A stretch of DNA of 64,000 nucleotides from Octopus bimaculoides (taxonomy: Eukaryota): NCBI RefSeq assembly GCF_001194135.2, contig NC_068981.1, positions 66,706,189 to 66,770,188 on the forward strand, read 5' to 3'. The notes beneath the pieces were generated by a model. That model made no database searches and was not told the DNA's origin. It saw nothing but the letters and a program-made list of their open reading frames with translations. Both the position numbers and the translations under genes were made by a program. Shown piece after piece: positions 26,410 through 39,639 of this stretch (positions within the stretch are counted from its first letter, which is position 1; every line of letters starts with the position of its first letter).

Positions 26410-26901
26410 CGAGGGAATGCTGAAAAGTTCCTGGCTTTCGGGAAAAGAAAATACAGAAGGATCATTTAATTATAATTTTATTCAACGGAAACTGAAAGAA
26501 GCCTGTCATATATATATGTATTTATGTATATGTATATGTGTGTGTGTGTATGTTTGCATGTCTGTGTTTGTCCCCCAACATCGCTTGACAACCGATGATG
26601 GTGTGTTTATGTCCCCATAACTTAGTGGTTCGGCGAAAGAGACCAATAGAATAAGTACTAGGCTTACAAAGAATAAGTCCTAGGGTTGGTTTGCTCGACT
26701 AAAGGCAGTGCTCCAGTATGGCCACAGTCAAATGACTGAAACAGGTAAAAGCATAAAAGAGTATATTCTCCTCTCAGATTCACACACTTATTGCAGCAGT
26801 TCTTCAGTTTTTCTAAGCCCTGTAAAAGAATTCTGAAGATTGGGCCTCCAATCAGGCCTTTCATGAAACCCTTAAAGCCAGGAACTTTTCAGCACCCCTC
26901 G
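26410..26901 (+). mobile_element. Mariner-type MITE with a nested SINE 3' half (26446-26760)
   Basis: TIRs are TA-cgagggaatgctgaaaagttcctggcttt and aaagccaggaacttttcagcacccctcg. Confidence 0.85.
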
Positions 26902-27096
26902 CATATATGTGTCTTAGTTTTATTTTCTTTTGTTTTGTACACATATGGCTCTCAAGACATAGCTACTGTAGACTATGTGCATGTTTGCGTGTGTGAATTG
27001 TTGTTTAACTTTCTTGTGAGAACAAGTGGTATGGGTGTGTGTTTATGCACTCATTGATGTGTGTGTCTGTTTGTGCATAAGTCTATGTATGTGTAC

Positions 27097-27403
27097 TGCT
27101 GAAAAGTTCCTGGCTTTAAGGGTTTCATGAAAGGCCTGATTGGAGGCCCAATCTTCAGAATTCTTTTACAGGGCTTAGAAAAACTGAAGAACTGCTGCAA
27201 TAAGTGTGTGAATCTGAGAGGAGAATATACTCTTTTATGCTTTTACCTGTTTCTGGGTTCCTTTACAGGGCTTAGAAAAAACTGAAGGATTGTTGCAATA
27301 AGTGTGTAAATCTGAGAGGGGAATATGTTGAGTAAAATCATAATTACCTGATCTTCCTGTATTTTCTGTTACCCAAGGCCAGGAGCTTTTCAGTACCCCC
27401 TTG
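27097..27403 (-). mobile_element. Second copy of the mariner-type MITE, in inverted orientation
   Basis: The right end ...ggccaggagcttttcagtacccccttgTA is homologous to the left end of the 26410 copy. The left 157 bp are a perfect inverted copy of 26738-26894. Confidence 0.8.
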
Positions 27404-27581
27404 TATATGGTTCTGTGCATGTGTGATTGCGTGTATTGTTGTTTAACTTTCTTGTGGGAACAAATAATATAGATGTGTGTATGCATCCATTGATGTGTGT
27501 GTCTATTTCTGTATAAGTCTATGTATATATTTCCATGTGCACGCATATATGTATATGTGTGTGTATAGTATTTGTTCATGT

Positions 27582-27950
27582 ATCATCATCATCATCATCG
27601 TCGTTTAACGTCCGCTTTCCATGCTAGCATGGGTTGGATGATTTGATTGAGGACTGGTGAGCCAGATAGCTACACCAGGCTCCAATCTTATTTGGCAGAG
27701 TTTCTACGGCTGGATGCCATTCCTAATGCCAACCACTCCGAGAGTGTAGTGGGTGCTTTTACGTGCCAACGGCACGAAGTCCAGTCAGGCAGTACTGGCA
27801 ACGGCCATGCTCAAAATGGTGTATTTTACGTGCCACCTGCACAAGAGTCAGTCCAGCGGCACTGGCAATGACCTCGCTTGAATGTCTTTTCACGTGCCAC
27901 CGGTACGAGTACTGGGAAGGCAACACTGGTAGTAGGAATATTTGTATATT
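27582..27950 (-). mobile_element. RTE-type 3' tail element (LINE UTR or RTE-mobilised SINE)
   Basis: (CAT)n tail, cgtttaacgtccgctttccatgctagcatgggttgg and internal ttttacgtgcca repeats. Confidence 0.85.
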
Positions 27951-28744
27951 ATACTTACTCTGGTCAGTAAATATGTGTATGTTTATACATATAGTCATGT
28001 GCAGATATGTATGTATTTGTTGATGTTACATCCATTTTTCTATGCTAGAATCTGTTGGATATTACTGAGTTAATTCATATGAAAACTGTCTTGAAATACA
28101 ATCAGTGTATGTTCTTTGATTAGCAACATGACCCTCCCAATCCAAAGCACTACAAACAATATCTGTTGCAACACAAAATTTCGTATCAAGAACCTTGCCA
28201 AGCTACTACAAAAGCTATATATATATATACACATATTCATTTTCATATCTATTTGTTTCATGTATGTAGTCTACACACACACACATAATACACACACAGA
28301 GTTATACACTCATACGTATGTGCGTACATACATATTTTACTTACATAGGTAATGTATTGAATCCACTTTTCCATGCTAACAAGAGTGAGATAGTTTGTTG
28401 GAGCAATTGTTTTTACAGCTGGATGCCCTTTCTACTAATAATTGCTCAACCGTGAAGTGAGTAGATGATGGGCTACATATTTTTTCTCTCCTTTATACAT
28501 AGAATTATTGACTTTCTCAAACAATTTCTCTTCTTTCTCATTGTTTTCTCACAGTTTTTGCATTCGTTTTCTTTGTTTCATTATTTCATTCACTGGTCTG
28601 CTTAGCCTCTACAATACATACACCAACACACATATGCAGAGAAGAAAAACTACAAATGTGCACAAACACACATACATGTGTACAAGCACATACACATGTG
28701 TGCGCGCACGCATGCACACACACACACACACAAACACACACACG

Positions 28745-28775
<31 letters not shown>

Positions 28776-30179
28776 GTCTTTAGATGTAACTTATTAAATT
28801 AGATATTGTGATAGATACATCTCTGTTTGATGGTAATATGCAGATGTTTTGAAGTCTGTAGCTTAGAGTCAAAATTGATCTTGAATTGAAATTCACAGCT
28901 CTCCTCTCTAATTCTTTTGATATGTGTTGTTTGCAAATCAAATTGAAACTGTGGTTGCATAGATAAGAAATTCACTTTGTAACCATAAGATTTCAGGTTC
29001 GATTCCAATGTGTAGAATTTTGGGCAAGTGTCTTCTCCCTTATCTTCAGTTTGACTAATGCTAAGACGGAGTTGGTAGATGGGAACTGTCCCAATGCCAT
29101 CATGTACACAATGCAGATCTGGTTGTCATGTTGAACCTCCATGTTGTCCTCTTTGTTGTAATTCATTCTCTCTCATTGTACATTATCATCTAGATGATCA
29201 TTGAACCTATGTCATGCTGGGGTAATTTTCAGCTTCATTACTTTCCTATGTCAGGTTTTCTTATGTTTCTGAGTTCACTTAGCCCTTATCCTAAGTCACT
29301 GATCACTAGCCTGTTGATTAATAAGTCTTTCAGTGTCCAAGGACTTCATAAGTGCATCTCACTACCTAGGTAAGTCTATCCAGTTAGTGTGTTCACCTAA
29401 TTGGTAGGTGATTAGATGGCCAGATGATTTTTCTGAAGTTAATGTTGTATGTAAATGGTCAAAACACTTGCTTTGCAGAACTTTAGCTGCCTTGTTTCTT
29501 CCTCATTCCTTGTACCACATCCATAGCTTCTGTGTACATTGGGGAATCTATCATGGTGTTGCACAACATGTCCATTAAAGTCACAGGTCTTGATAAAAAG
29601 GTAACTATCATTCATAGTCAAGATAGTTCATAAAAAGCTTTTGCGAAAATAGTTCTTTTGTTCATCTCTCAGTCCTGATTATTGTGTCTATGCAGAAGAA
29701 ATTGTTGCTGTCATATTGTCTATAATTAGTCTAAGTATTGTATTATGTACTACCTTGATAGTTTTATCTACCCATTTCACCACCAACAATATGTGTATTT
29801 CACACCCTAGTACTGTTAAGTGAAAGTATTTGGGTTAGTGGTTAGGGTATTCAGCTTACAATCATGGCCATGAGTTCGATTCCTGGTGGCACATTGTGTC
29901 CTTGAGCAGGGTGTTTTATTTTACATTGATGCAGTCCACTCAGATGATAAAAATAAGTTGTACCTGTAGTTCAAAGGGCCAGCTTTGTCACATTCTGTGT
30001 CACGCTGAATCTTCCTGAGAACTATGTTAAGGGTTTGCATTTCTGTTGTATACTCAGCCACTTGCATGTTAATTTCATGAGCAGATCATTCCATTAATTG
30101 TATCAACTGGGAGCCTTGTCGTAGTATGCAACAGAGTGCTAATTAGTATTGCTAACCACCCAAAAGAACTTGTACTTAC

Positions 30180-30214
30180 TTTCTGTGTCTTGAGGAGTCT
30201 AGCTGAAGCCACCC
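30180..30214 (-). CDS. Candidate internal exon (35 nt, or 23 nt using a downstream acceptor) of an unidentified minus-strand gene
   Basis: Donor AAA|gtaagt after a 73-nt intron. Reads (R)VASARLLKTQK. The acceptor is A-rich and weak; the alternative cag 12 nt downstream keeps the frame. Confidence 0.45.
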
Positions 30215-30287
30215 CTTTATATTATTTATTGTTTGGCACAAACATCTCACTTTCCCTCAAATATTTTTACATTCTCTCCTGACTTAC

Positions 30288-30379
30288 TTTCCTTGCACCA
30301 AAATTGATCATGGCTGATCTGAGGTTTTGTTCTTGACAGGAAGACAGGTGCTTCCAATGGTGAATTGGTAGATTTGTAT
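30288..30379 (-). CDS. Candidate internal exon (92 nt) of an unidentified minus-strand gene
   Basis: Acceptor ttctcttcctttcag and donor AAA|gtaagt. Reads YKSTNSPLEAPVFLSRTKPQISHDQFWCKE, in frame with both neighbouring exons. Confidence 0.55.
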
Positions 30380-30794
30380 CTGAAAGGAAGAGAATTTGCG
30401 CACTCATTTCTTGATGGGTGCTACCTTCCTCCTTTCACTTATAATTGATTTGCTGTTTATTCCTTCATTCACCATCAAATTATTATCAATAATTATAATT
30501 TTGTCTATCCTGTATATGTTGCTTTTTTGCTTGAGACCATAACAGGCTAGATATCAGAAACCATTTATATGTGCACAATGATGTGTCTGCATTTGTCTGT
30601 CATTCTCTTGCTGCCTACTTTTCTCCATCGTTTGCTGCTGTCTTTTTCTCTGTGTGTGTATGTGTGTACACACATGCACATAAATATCTATATATCCATG
30701 TATATGTGTGTATACACACACACACACTCACATATATAGTGTAATGTTTCCTATAGGTATATATAGTAATGTTTTTCTTATGGGTAACATATAA

Positions 30795-30826
<32 letters not shown>

Positions 30827-30994
30827 TAGATAGTTTTGGTGCATCATACAAACAATGTATTGCATTAAGATGGATGAGAATGGTATTCAGGTATTGGGGA
30901 AATTCAAAATGTCTATGAAGGTAAAAAAAAAAAAAAAAGAAAATAGCTAGAAAATATGAAAAAGACATAAAAAACAAACCAAGATTGTCCTCAC

Positions 30995-31037
30995 TTTGGC
31001 AGTGGATTCTGTTTTTTCTCAAGATACTTGGAAGGTT
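30995..31037 (-). CDS. Candidate internal exon (43 nt) of an unidentified minus-strand gene
   Basis: Acceptor ctctttctttctctcaaaattctag and donor AAA|gtgagg. Reads (E)PSKYLEKKQNPLP(K) and its phase matches the next exon. Confidence 0.5.
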
Positions 31038-31694
31038 CTAGAATTTTGAGAGAAAGAAAGAGAGTTATAATGTGTATTTAAGAGAGAAAAAGAGAAAGAG
31101 AGAGCAACAGCATTCTGCTACAGATTCTATTAATGCACAAAGAAGCATACATTCGTTCATGTACATCCACCCTGATACACATGAGCATAGCACACCCTTC
31201 ACATTGAAGGAAAACTTAAAGGAGAAAAACAAAAACAGAAGAGAAAGCAAACAAAGTTAAAAACAAATATGATAAAAGCATTTGAGTAACACACGAAATC
31301 TATTTGTAAGAGCAGAATTAAAGATTAAAAAAAGTTTCAAAGCATAACTAATAACAACCAATTTTTGTGTTCCAATGATGAAGAGAGATAGGGGAGAGAG
31401 AAGAGGGGAAAAAAATAATCAAAGAAGAGTGAGGGTTAAGAGAAGAAGAAAAAGTAAAAATTACAACCTTGAAAAAAGCCATATAAATATTAAAAAAAAA
31501 AAAAAGCTTTTTTTTTTTCTTATTGCTGTGAACTATCTCCTAATTAAGCATATCGCATATTATTTAAGATAATGTTATTAATGGCATGTTGCTACTGTTG
31601 GACTTGTGTTGTCTTTTATTTTTAATTTGGATTTACACGAAAGGAAGGATAATGTTCTGATGTCCTCTCTCTGTGTTTGCATCTGTGAGGGTGA

Positions 31695-31729
<35 letters not shown>

Positions 31730-34106
31730 TAAAGTTGTTGGGGAGGGGTGGTTCTGAAAAAAGTAAAATGTGTGATGGTAAAATTGAAAAGAATGTTGCT
31801 GTGCTATTTTTGCTTGAATGAATGAATGAACGAATGAATGGAGAAATAACTTGAATGAATGAATAAATTGAATAAAAGAAGAGCAAACAAAGAGCAAAAT
31901 GGGTTGGGGGTGATGGGGTGGGGAACAAATGAATAAAAAAGAAAAAAAAACAGAGTAAAAAACGCATTTACTAATCTAACTGTATAACAGTGGGAGAATG
32001 TTGGACCTTTTCAGGTGTGAAAACATGAAGACAATAGATAATAGGTTAGAGTTCAACAGATATCACAGAAACTCTGGAAGTGATGTGGCTTGACTTCACA
32101 CAAACAAAGGAATCAAATACATACATGCATCCATACATATGTGCACACACACACACAAAAACAGACAACATACATGTATACATATGCATGTATGTACATA
32201 GTCCACTTTGTTACCAATTGGTCTCAAGTTCAACCTCACTGTCTAGCACCTGGCGTAAGTGTGTTCTACTGTAACTTCAGCTGATTGTTGCTCTGTAAGT
32301 GAAATTGGTTGACAGGAACTGTATGTATGTACACACATGTGCATATGAACACACATGTGCATGTGAACACCCATGTGCATGTACACATGCATACAGGTAT
32401 GGCAATGTGCTTAAAAGGTTCACTCTCCAACTACATAGTTTTGGGTTTACTTCTACTGCATGGCACCTTGGGCAAGTGTTTTTACTATGGCTCTGGGCTG
32501 ATCAAATTTATGTGAGTTAATTTGGTAAACCTGTTGTGTGTGCGCACGCGTGTGGTATGAAAATTGTAAGCTGTGAGTAGTATTATTGTTACTTTATATC
32601 TATCAACAGACCATCTGCTCATTTTAAACTGTTGAAAATATGGGAAATAAAAGATCCCTTACTTGGAAAACAGGTAAGGGTTAGCAACAGGAAAGGCATC
32701 TGGCTGTAAAACAATGCCTCAGTAATGTATTCATCTAACATATTCTGGCAGAGTGAAACAGATGCAAAATGAGATAATTAATATATATATATTATAGTCA
32801 TAGCTATGTGGTTAAGAAGTTTGCTTTTCAATCACATAGTTTTGGGTTCAGTTCCACTGTGTGGCACCTTGGGTAGCTATCTTTAATTATAACCAGGGGA
32901 CTGTGGACATAACTTTACGCTGAGTTCTGAAGGGTTTTGACTAACAGGAATTTTGTAAAAAATACTTAACTGCTGCAGCCTGTTTCATGTGTTGCAGGTT
33001 GTTAATTGTGATGTTTGGGATTTTTTTTTTCTCAGCTTCAGCAGTATCTCTGCAGCATTCCTAAGAGTTTTCATTTAGGCTGCAGTAAGTCGTTGGAACA
33101 TATTCAAGCAGGATTCTGATTAGAGCTTTGTTTATAGTGTGATTCTGCCTTCCTTCTTTTGCTTGATTTCAGATTTTCATAGCGCCAAAGTCTTTGTACC
33201 ATTCTGTTACACAGAATGGTGATACTGGAAATATGACCTGCCTACACCAGTTTGCTGAATATTGTTACCAGCTACTCTCATCCACCTTTATATAATTATG
33301 AGAAGCCATGTATCTTTCCCATAGTAAGACACCTGTGCTAGTCCCTGTGTCAAACTTTAGCCTTTTAACACTTGGCATAAAAACCACTTTCTCTTCTCAG
33401 GTGCTCCCCTGCTACTTACATCGTCAAGAGACTTTTTTTTGTGTTCTTTTCTTGTTTAGCAAGTTACTTGGCAACCTCACTTGCGCCAGTCACATGAAGA
33501 AAAGCACCCAGTACACTAAAATGGCTGGCATTAGAAAGAAGAGCATCCAGCTGTAGAAATATTGCCAAAGCTAACACTGGAGCTTGATGTAGGCCTGCAG
33601 CTTGCAAGATCTTGTCAAACCATCCAATCCATGCCAGCATGGAAAAAAGGATGTTAAATGATGATGACAACAATGATGATGAATCTCATGCTTCTTTTGT
33701 AAAGTTAATTCCCAAAGTGCATTTGAAGGTTTTTTTCTGAATTTTGATGGCGTCACTGTTACTTTCCAGCTATCACTTTCGCAGGATTTCTGCTTCAACT
33801 AGCTGCTACTGCTGCTGCGTGGCTTTCTCCTGCCAATTTTTCTTGGTACAAAGAACATTCAGTTGATAGCAGAGCAGTACAATGTATTGTCACAGGCATT
33901 AACCAGGTTATTTATGAAGATTAAGAGAAGAAGTGACCCAATTGTAGAGTTTTGTGACACTGATGCATTGCTAGGCTATGACTTATAGGTCTTGACAGGA
34001 ATGGGTGACCATGTATCTCCTACTGGCACTGTAACAAACCAAGTAGATAGATCCGTGCAACACATTAAAACTACATGAGGTCCACTACCATCATCAATAT
34101 ATAGGT

Positions 34107-34263
34107 GCAGGTGTGGCTGTGTGGTAAGGAGCTTGCTTTCCAACCACATGGTTCTAGGTTCAGTTCCACTGCATGGTACCTTGGACAAGTGTCTTCTACT
34201 ATCGCCTTGGGCCAACCAAAGCCTTGTGAATGAATTTGGTAGATAGAAATTGAAGGAAGACTG

Positions 34264-34331
<68 letters not shown>

Positions 34332-34557
34332 TTATCTAAGTGTGTATGTCTTTGTGTATGTGTTTGTCTTCCTATAACCACTTGACAACTGGTGTTGGTG
34401 TGTTTACATCCCTATAACTTAGCAGTTCAGCAAAAGAGACTGGTGGAATAAGTACTAGGCTTAAGAAAATAAGCCCTACAGTGGATTTGTTCAACTAAAA
34501 CTTTTCAAAGTGGTGCTCCAGCATGGTCACAGTCAGATAACTGAAACAAGTAAAAGA

Positions 34558-34560
<3 letters not shown>
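34107..34560 (+). mobile_element. SINE family B, full length
   Basis: Same tripartite structure with an expanded internal (GT)n. Confidence 0.88.
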
Positions 34561-34599
<39 letters not shown>

Positions 34600-34787
34600 C
34601 CTCATCATTTAACCTCTGTCTTCCATGTACTCATGGGTTAGAGGATTCAATAGGATTCGATGAAGACTGTGTTTAAGCTCCAATGTCTGCTTTTGATATC
34701 TTTCCTAATGCAAACTGCTTTATAGAATTTTTAGGGTGCTTTTCCACTGGTATGAATCCTAGTTGTAAAAGAGATAGATAAATAGAT

Positions 34788-34827
<40 letters not shown>

Positions 34828-35429
34828 ACTGATTACATAGAGGTGAATATATTGAGTGGCAAACAAAGATGGGTGATGGTGGTTGATGGCAGATATGAGA
34901 TGGTGTTAAGAATGAAGTGTGGGTGCTAGCACCGTGTCATTGAGGGGAGAAAGTGAGATAACTGATAGTAGAGAAAGAGTGGTCAGTGGAAAATAAGAGT
35001 GAGAGGACTGATTTAAATATGTAGAATGGAGTCAAAGGAAAGTGGTGGGATGAAATATGTAGTGCTGCTGTCATCTAATTACAGCAGCAGAATAATACAG
35101 TAGTTAGAAATGTGATGAAGGTATTGGTGATAGAGAAGTGAGGAGGTGGGGAATGCTTGATAGGGGAAAATTGGGTGTAGGGTCCAGTTGTGTGTATAAA
35201 CGTAAGGCATTTAGAACTTCAGTTTCTTATGCAATCAGCACTTGTGAGACCACCCTAAGACTTGCATGACTATAAACTGCGAAGAGGCAGTTTTACACAA
35301 GGTGACAGCTCCTTGGAGTTGTAGTCTTTTAAGATGCATGGAGACTCCACTAGAATGTATGTATGTTATATATATATTTATATATATGTATATGTATATG
35401 TGTATGTATGTATATGTATGTATATATGA

Positions 35430-35970
35430 AAGCAGCTTGCAGATGCAAGTGCTAGCAGTTGAAAGCTTTGCATACAGGGTGTTAGCAAGTTTATAGGTTC
35501 ATCAGGAGAGAATGCATGCCATTTCAATGCCTTCCTCTCAATGGCATCATTGCACGCTGCCTCCATCCCCTCCTTGAAATGAGGCCCTGTTTGCTAGATC
35601 AACTGGTTGCTAGGTTTCGTTCAATATTCTTCTAGCCATTGGTCATCATCTCTTTTTAACCAAATCCAATGGTTTGCTTTCTCCACTATGATCTGGATAT
35701 CACTCATGATGGTGTTTGCTTTATGATGAGTTAGGCCTAGTGACAACAAAAGTTGCCTTACACTGCTCCCAATGAATCTGCATCCAACTTTGATTGGAAA
35801 ATAGTTTGCTTTCCAGCCTTTGTCTTTTCATTCCTTGAAGAGTTTTTTTTATAATGGTTGATCTTTTGAGCTTGAGCTGCATACATATATTATCTTCATG
35901 AGAAACTGTTAACTTGATTAGATTCTCTACCTTTTTTTCTTTCATACCATATGATAATATCTGGTTTCAT
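35430..35970 (-). mobile_element. HERO-clade retrotransposon 3' end (restriction-like endonuclease and UTR)
   Basis: With frameshifts: KPDIIIWY..KKVENLIKLTVSHEDNI..AAQAQKINHYKK/LFKE*KDKGWKANYFPIKVGCR/FIGSSVRQLLLSLGL..EKANHWIWLKRDDDQW. Stop at 35621-23. Confidence 0.8.
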
Positions 35971-36022
35971 ATATTTTTGTGTGTGTGTGTGTGTGTGTGT
36001 GTANNNNNNNNNNNNNNNNNNN

Positions 36023-36065
<43 letters not shown>

Positions 36066-37985
36066 TTATGTCTGCTTTATGTCTTTCAATCACTGTGTTC
36101 CATGCTGGCATGGGTTGGATGGTTTGATCAGAGCTGGCAGCAGGAGAGCTGCAGGTTTCGGTCTGATTTGGCTTGGTTTCTATAGATGGATGCTCTTCCT
36201 AATTCCAACCTCTTTACAGTGTGTGCTTTGTGCTTTTAACCTGGCACCAGCACATTAAAAGTACCCTCCTTTATTATGTACATATATATATATATATATA
36301 CATACATGTATATATAATTTTATGTAGAGGAACACCTTATGGTTGTACAGTTATTTCAATGCCAGGGCATTTTCTTGAAATTCAAATCAATACAAAATCA
36401 TTGTTTAATATTTATGAAAAAATTTTATGAGTAAAAAAAGACTAGAGAGTATCATAAAAATCCGTTTATGTCCCAAGTTCAAATCTCACTGGGTTACGTT
36501 TGCCTTTACTCATTTCGACTTCAATAAAGAAGACATCATTCAAATACTTGGGATTGATTTATTGGACAGTTTCTTTTCCCATTTGATAAAAATCATCATT
36601 ATTAAATGATTTTGGTGCTTTCTATTTCTTGTAAATGGATAAGTTGAACATTGCAAAGAAATGGGTGCAGTGAGAGAAAGCTAGATCTGCTGGAATTGAT
36701 AGTTTGTTTTGGCATGTTTGAAAAGCAAAACAAAAGAAAGTCAAAATCCAAAAAGAAAAGAATTAAGAAAAAAAATCAGCTTATCTTCGGTTTTATCAAA
36801 CTATTTATGTGATGCAACTTTTGGTCACTGTAATGTTCATTTATCATGTGAATGAAGTTTTGTTTTCTTCTTTCATAGCAATTCAGTTTATATAATAATG
36901 ATGAAGACACATGTCTTTTGAATGCTTAGGTGTTTTTTCCTCTCACTCTTTATTTAATTTAGCTCACATTATGTTGTTTTCTGAAGTTCAGGTAAAATAA
37001 AAAATAAAAAAAGAAAAAGCAAAAACAAAAGAAAACTATACCCCCCGCCCCAAAAAAAAAACAATACCACCCTATTTCAGAAATGTTTTCTTTTACTTTT
37101 AGTTTCGATATTCTAAGAGAAAGTTTTGTTTTCTCATCTGCAGTAAAGCTAATTATTGTTTTGTTCATTTCTAGAAGACAGCCTTTTATTTTTTTTACTT
37201 TAGTAGATCACATGTGTCTTTTGTCTCCTTCTCATTCCAAAATTCTAAGTAATTCCCAGTATTTTTGGTTACTTTCCTTTGCCCAAAGAAAGTCATTAGT
37301 TATTTTGTCCAGCCAAATGGCTACAGATATATTATAACTGGCTGCAACATGATGGATCAAAGAAGTTGTTGGAAAAGAACTTCTCTCATACATATGTAAA
37401 TAAATTCATGACAGTGCACAGCCTAGTGGTTAGGGTGTTGTCATGTTCATGAGTTCGCTGGTTTGATTTCCAGACTTATTGATACACGATGTCCTTGAGC
37501 AAGGTATGTGATTTTGTGTTGCTCTAGTTTGCTCAGCTAAGAGTGAGTACCTGTTAGCTTCTAGGGCAGCTCTTTCTCTCTCCATCTGTCACATCCTTGA
37601 TGTTATGCTGCAAGGGCTGAGAGGGTGTTTATATCTGCTTGCAACAAAACAATTAGCAAAAGTAGGGTACATGCTACAAGATAATACTTGCTTGCAAGTA
37701 ATGAGCATACTTTTAAATTCATGGCAAAACTTTTGGGTCAAGAAATGAAATGATAGAGCAATATGTGGATCTATGTGCATTCTATGAGAATGATCCTAGG
37801 TGGAAGTGGATTTTAGAAGTTAACATGAAAGATTCTATATAGTAACCTAACTTGTTCAGCGTAGTTGCTAAATCTATTTTGAAGGTAAAAGTAATATATA
37901 TCTTTGAAGCTAAAACTGTTAAGTCCAGAATTTTATGCCACCAGAACATCATGCCACCTTGGCCTACACTAGAAATGCTTCTTAA

Positions 37986-38282
37986 CCCTCTTGGAACACT
38001 TGGGCTGATTGATCAGTCCAAGTGATACAATCTGATAAGATTCTGAGGCTAATCCATCAGTCCAATGAAACAAACGTTTTGGTGTGTAATCGTCAATCAG
38101 AGATTGTCTTTCAGTAGATATAATATAAAGCTATATAATATGTATAGTTTTACATACTAATAAAGTAGTTTTAGACACCTTATCCTTTGTTTTCTACATG
38201 CACCCATCAATTTCAATCTCAACTGAAAAAACATTTTGGTCTTTTTGGCTTCACATACCAAACACTGTGTGTCTCAAAAGGG
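37986..38282. mobile_element. piggyBac-like MITE, family 2
   Basis: TTAA|ccctcttggaacac ... gtgtctcaaaaggg|TTAA. Confidence 0.7.
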
Positions 38283-38584
38283 TTAAATGCTTGATTAGTT
38301 TTGTCAGTTTGTATTGTTTATGTACTACATGACTGATCTGAACTGTATTACAGCAATAATGCTTTCTCATTTTGACTCAAGGATAGCAATTTTGAAAGGA
38401 GGAGTAAGTCTACTACATTAACCCTAGTACTTGACTGGTACTTTATTTTATTGACCTCGAAATGATGAAAGCTAAAATTGACCATGACAGGATTTAAATT
38501 GATAATGTGATAAAAAGCCAGAAGAAATGCAGTAAAGTGTTTTGTTTGACATGTTAGTGATTTTGCCAACTCATCAGTTTGAAG

Positions 38585-38922
38585 GACTGCCTTTGGTCAT
38601 AAATGACCATGAGATTGCACCTAGAAAGTTCCCCTCTGATGCACAAGTCAAGGCAAGGTTGTTTTATGGAAGACTAGCAGTCACCCATGCATACCAGCCT
38701 TGCCTCTCCATGCCACTGATGTTATCCAAGTGAAAGGCAAAGGCCAAGACAGCTTGGCATCAATGATGTTGTAACTCATTTCTACAGCTGAGAGAACTAG
38801 AGCAATGTGAAATAAAGTGTCTTGTTCAAGAGCACAACACACAGCCTGGTCCTGGTCCAGGAATTGAACTCACTACCTCATGATTGCGAGCTCTACACCC
38901 TAACAATTGAGCCATGCATCTT
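38585..38922 (-). mobile_element. SINE family A copy
   Basis: Reverse complement of 5996-6338. Confidence 0.8.
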
Positions 38923-39545
38923 CACTAACTCACCACCTTATATAACATTAATAATAACAACAATAAGTCAACCTAAGTTGACTGAAGTTCCTCAAGATCA
39001 AAGCAGAGAGGAGCAGGCTGAGCCTATCTTTGTCAAGTAAGAGTTCATAGGACATCTATGAATTGTCAGAACCTAGAAGGCTACTGATGAAAGAAGAATT
39101 CTATTGCACTGTTAAATTGGTTGTTGTTGAATGCCTTTGATCAGCTCTGCTCCTTTAGAACTGTGACTTAAAGGTGACTGATCAAAGAATCAAAGTGTTC
39201 AGCATCCTAAATGACTGCCCCATTCTTGAAGGGGGATATTGTTTGAAGTTGTTGGACTTAAAGCAAGATCCCTATTTTCAAGTCATTAAAAGTGTTTGTA
39301 ACTGGATCAATTCATTTTCCTTTTATTTGTTTCAGTCATAGGACTGTGGTCACGAAGGGTGTAGTTGAACAAATCGACACTGGTACTTTTTTTAAAAATC
39401 TGGTATTTATTCTCTTGATTTCTTTTGCTGAACTGCAAAATTATGGAGATATAAACAAACTAACACAGTTTGTCAAGAGGTGGGGAGGAGGAGGGAATAC
39501 AAACACAAGGACACACATGTATGAATGTATACACACACACACAAA

Positions 39546-39583
<38 letters not shown>

Positions 39584-39639
39584 TTTATTCGTTTNNNNNN
39601 NNNNACACACACACACACACACACACAATTTTATTCGTT

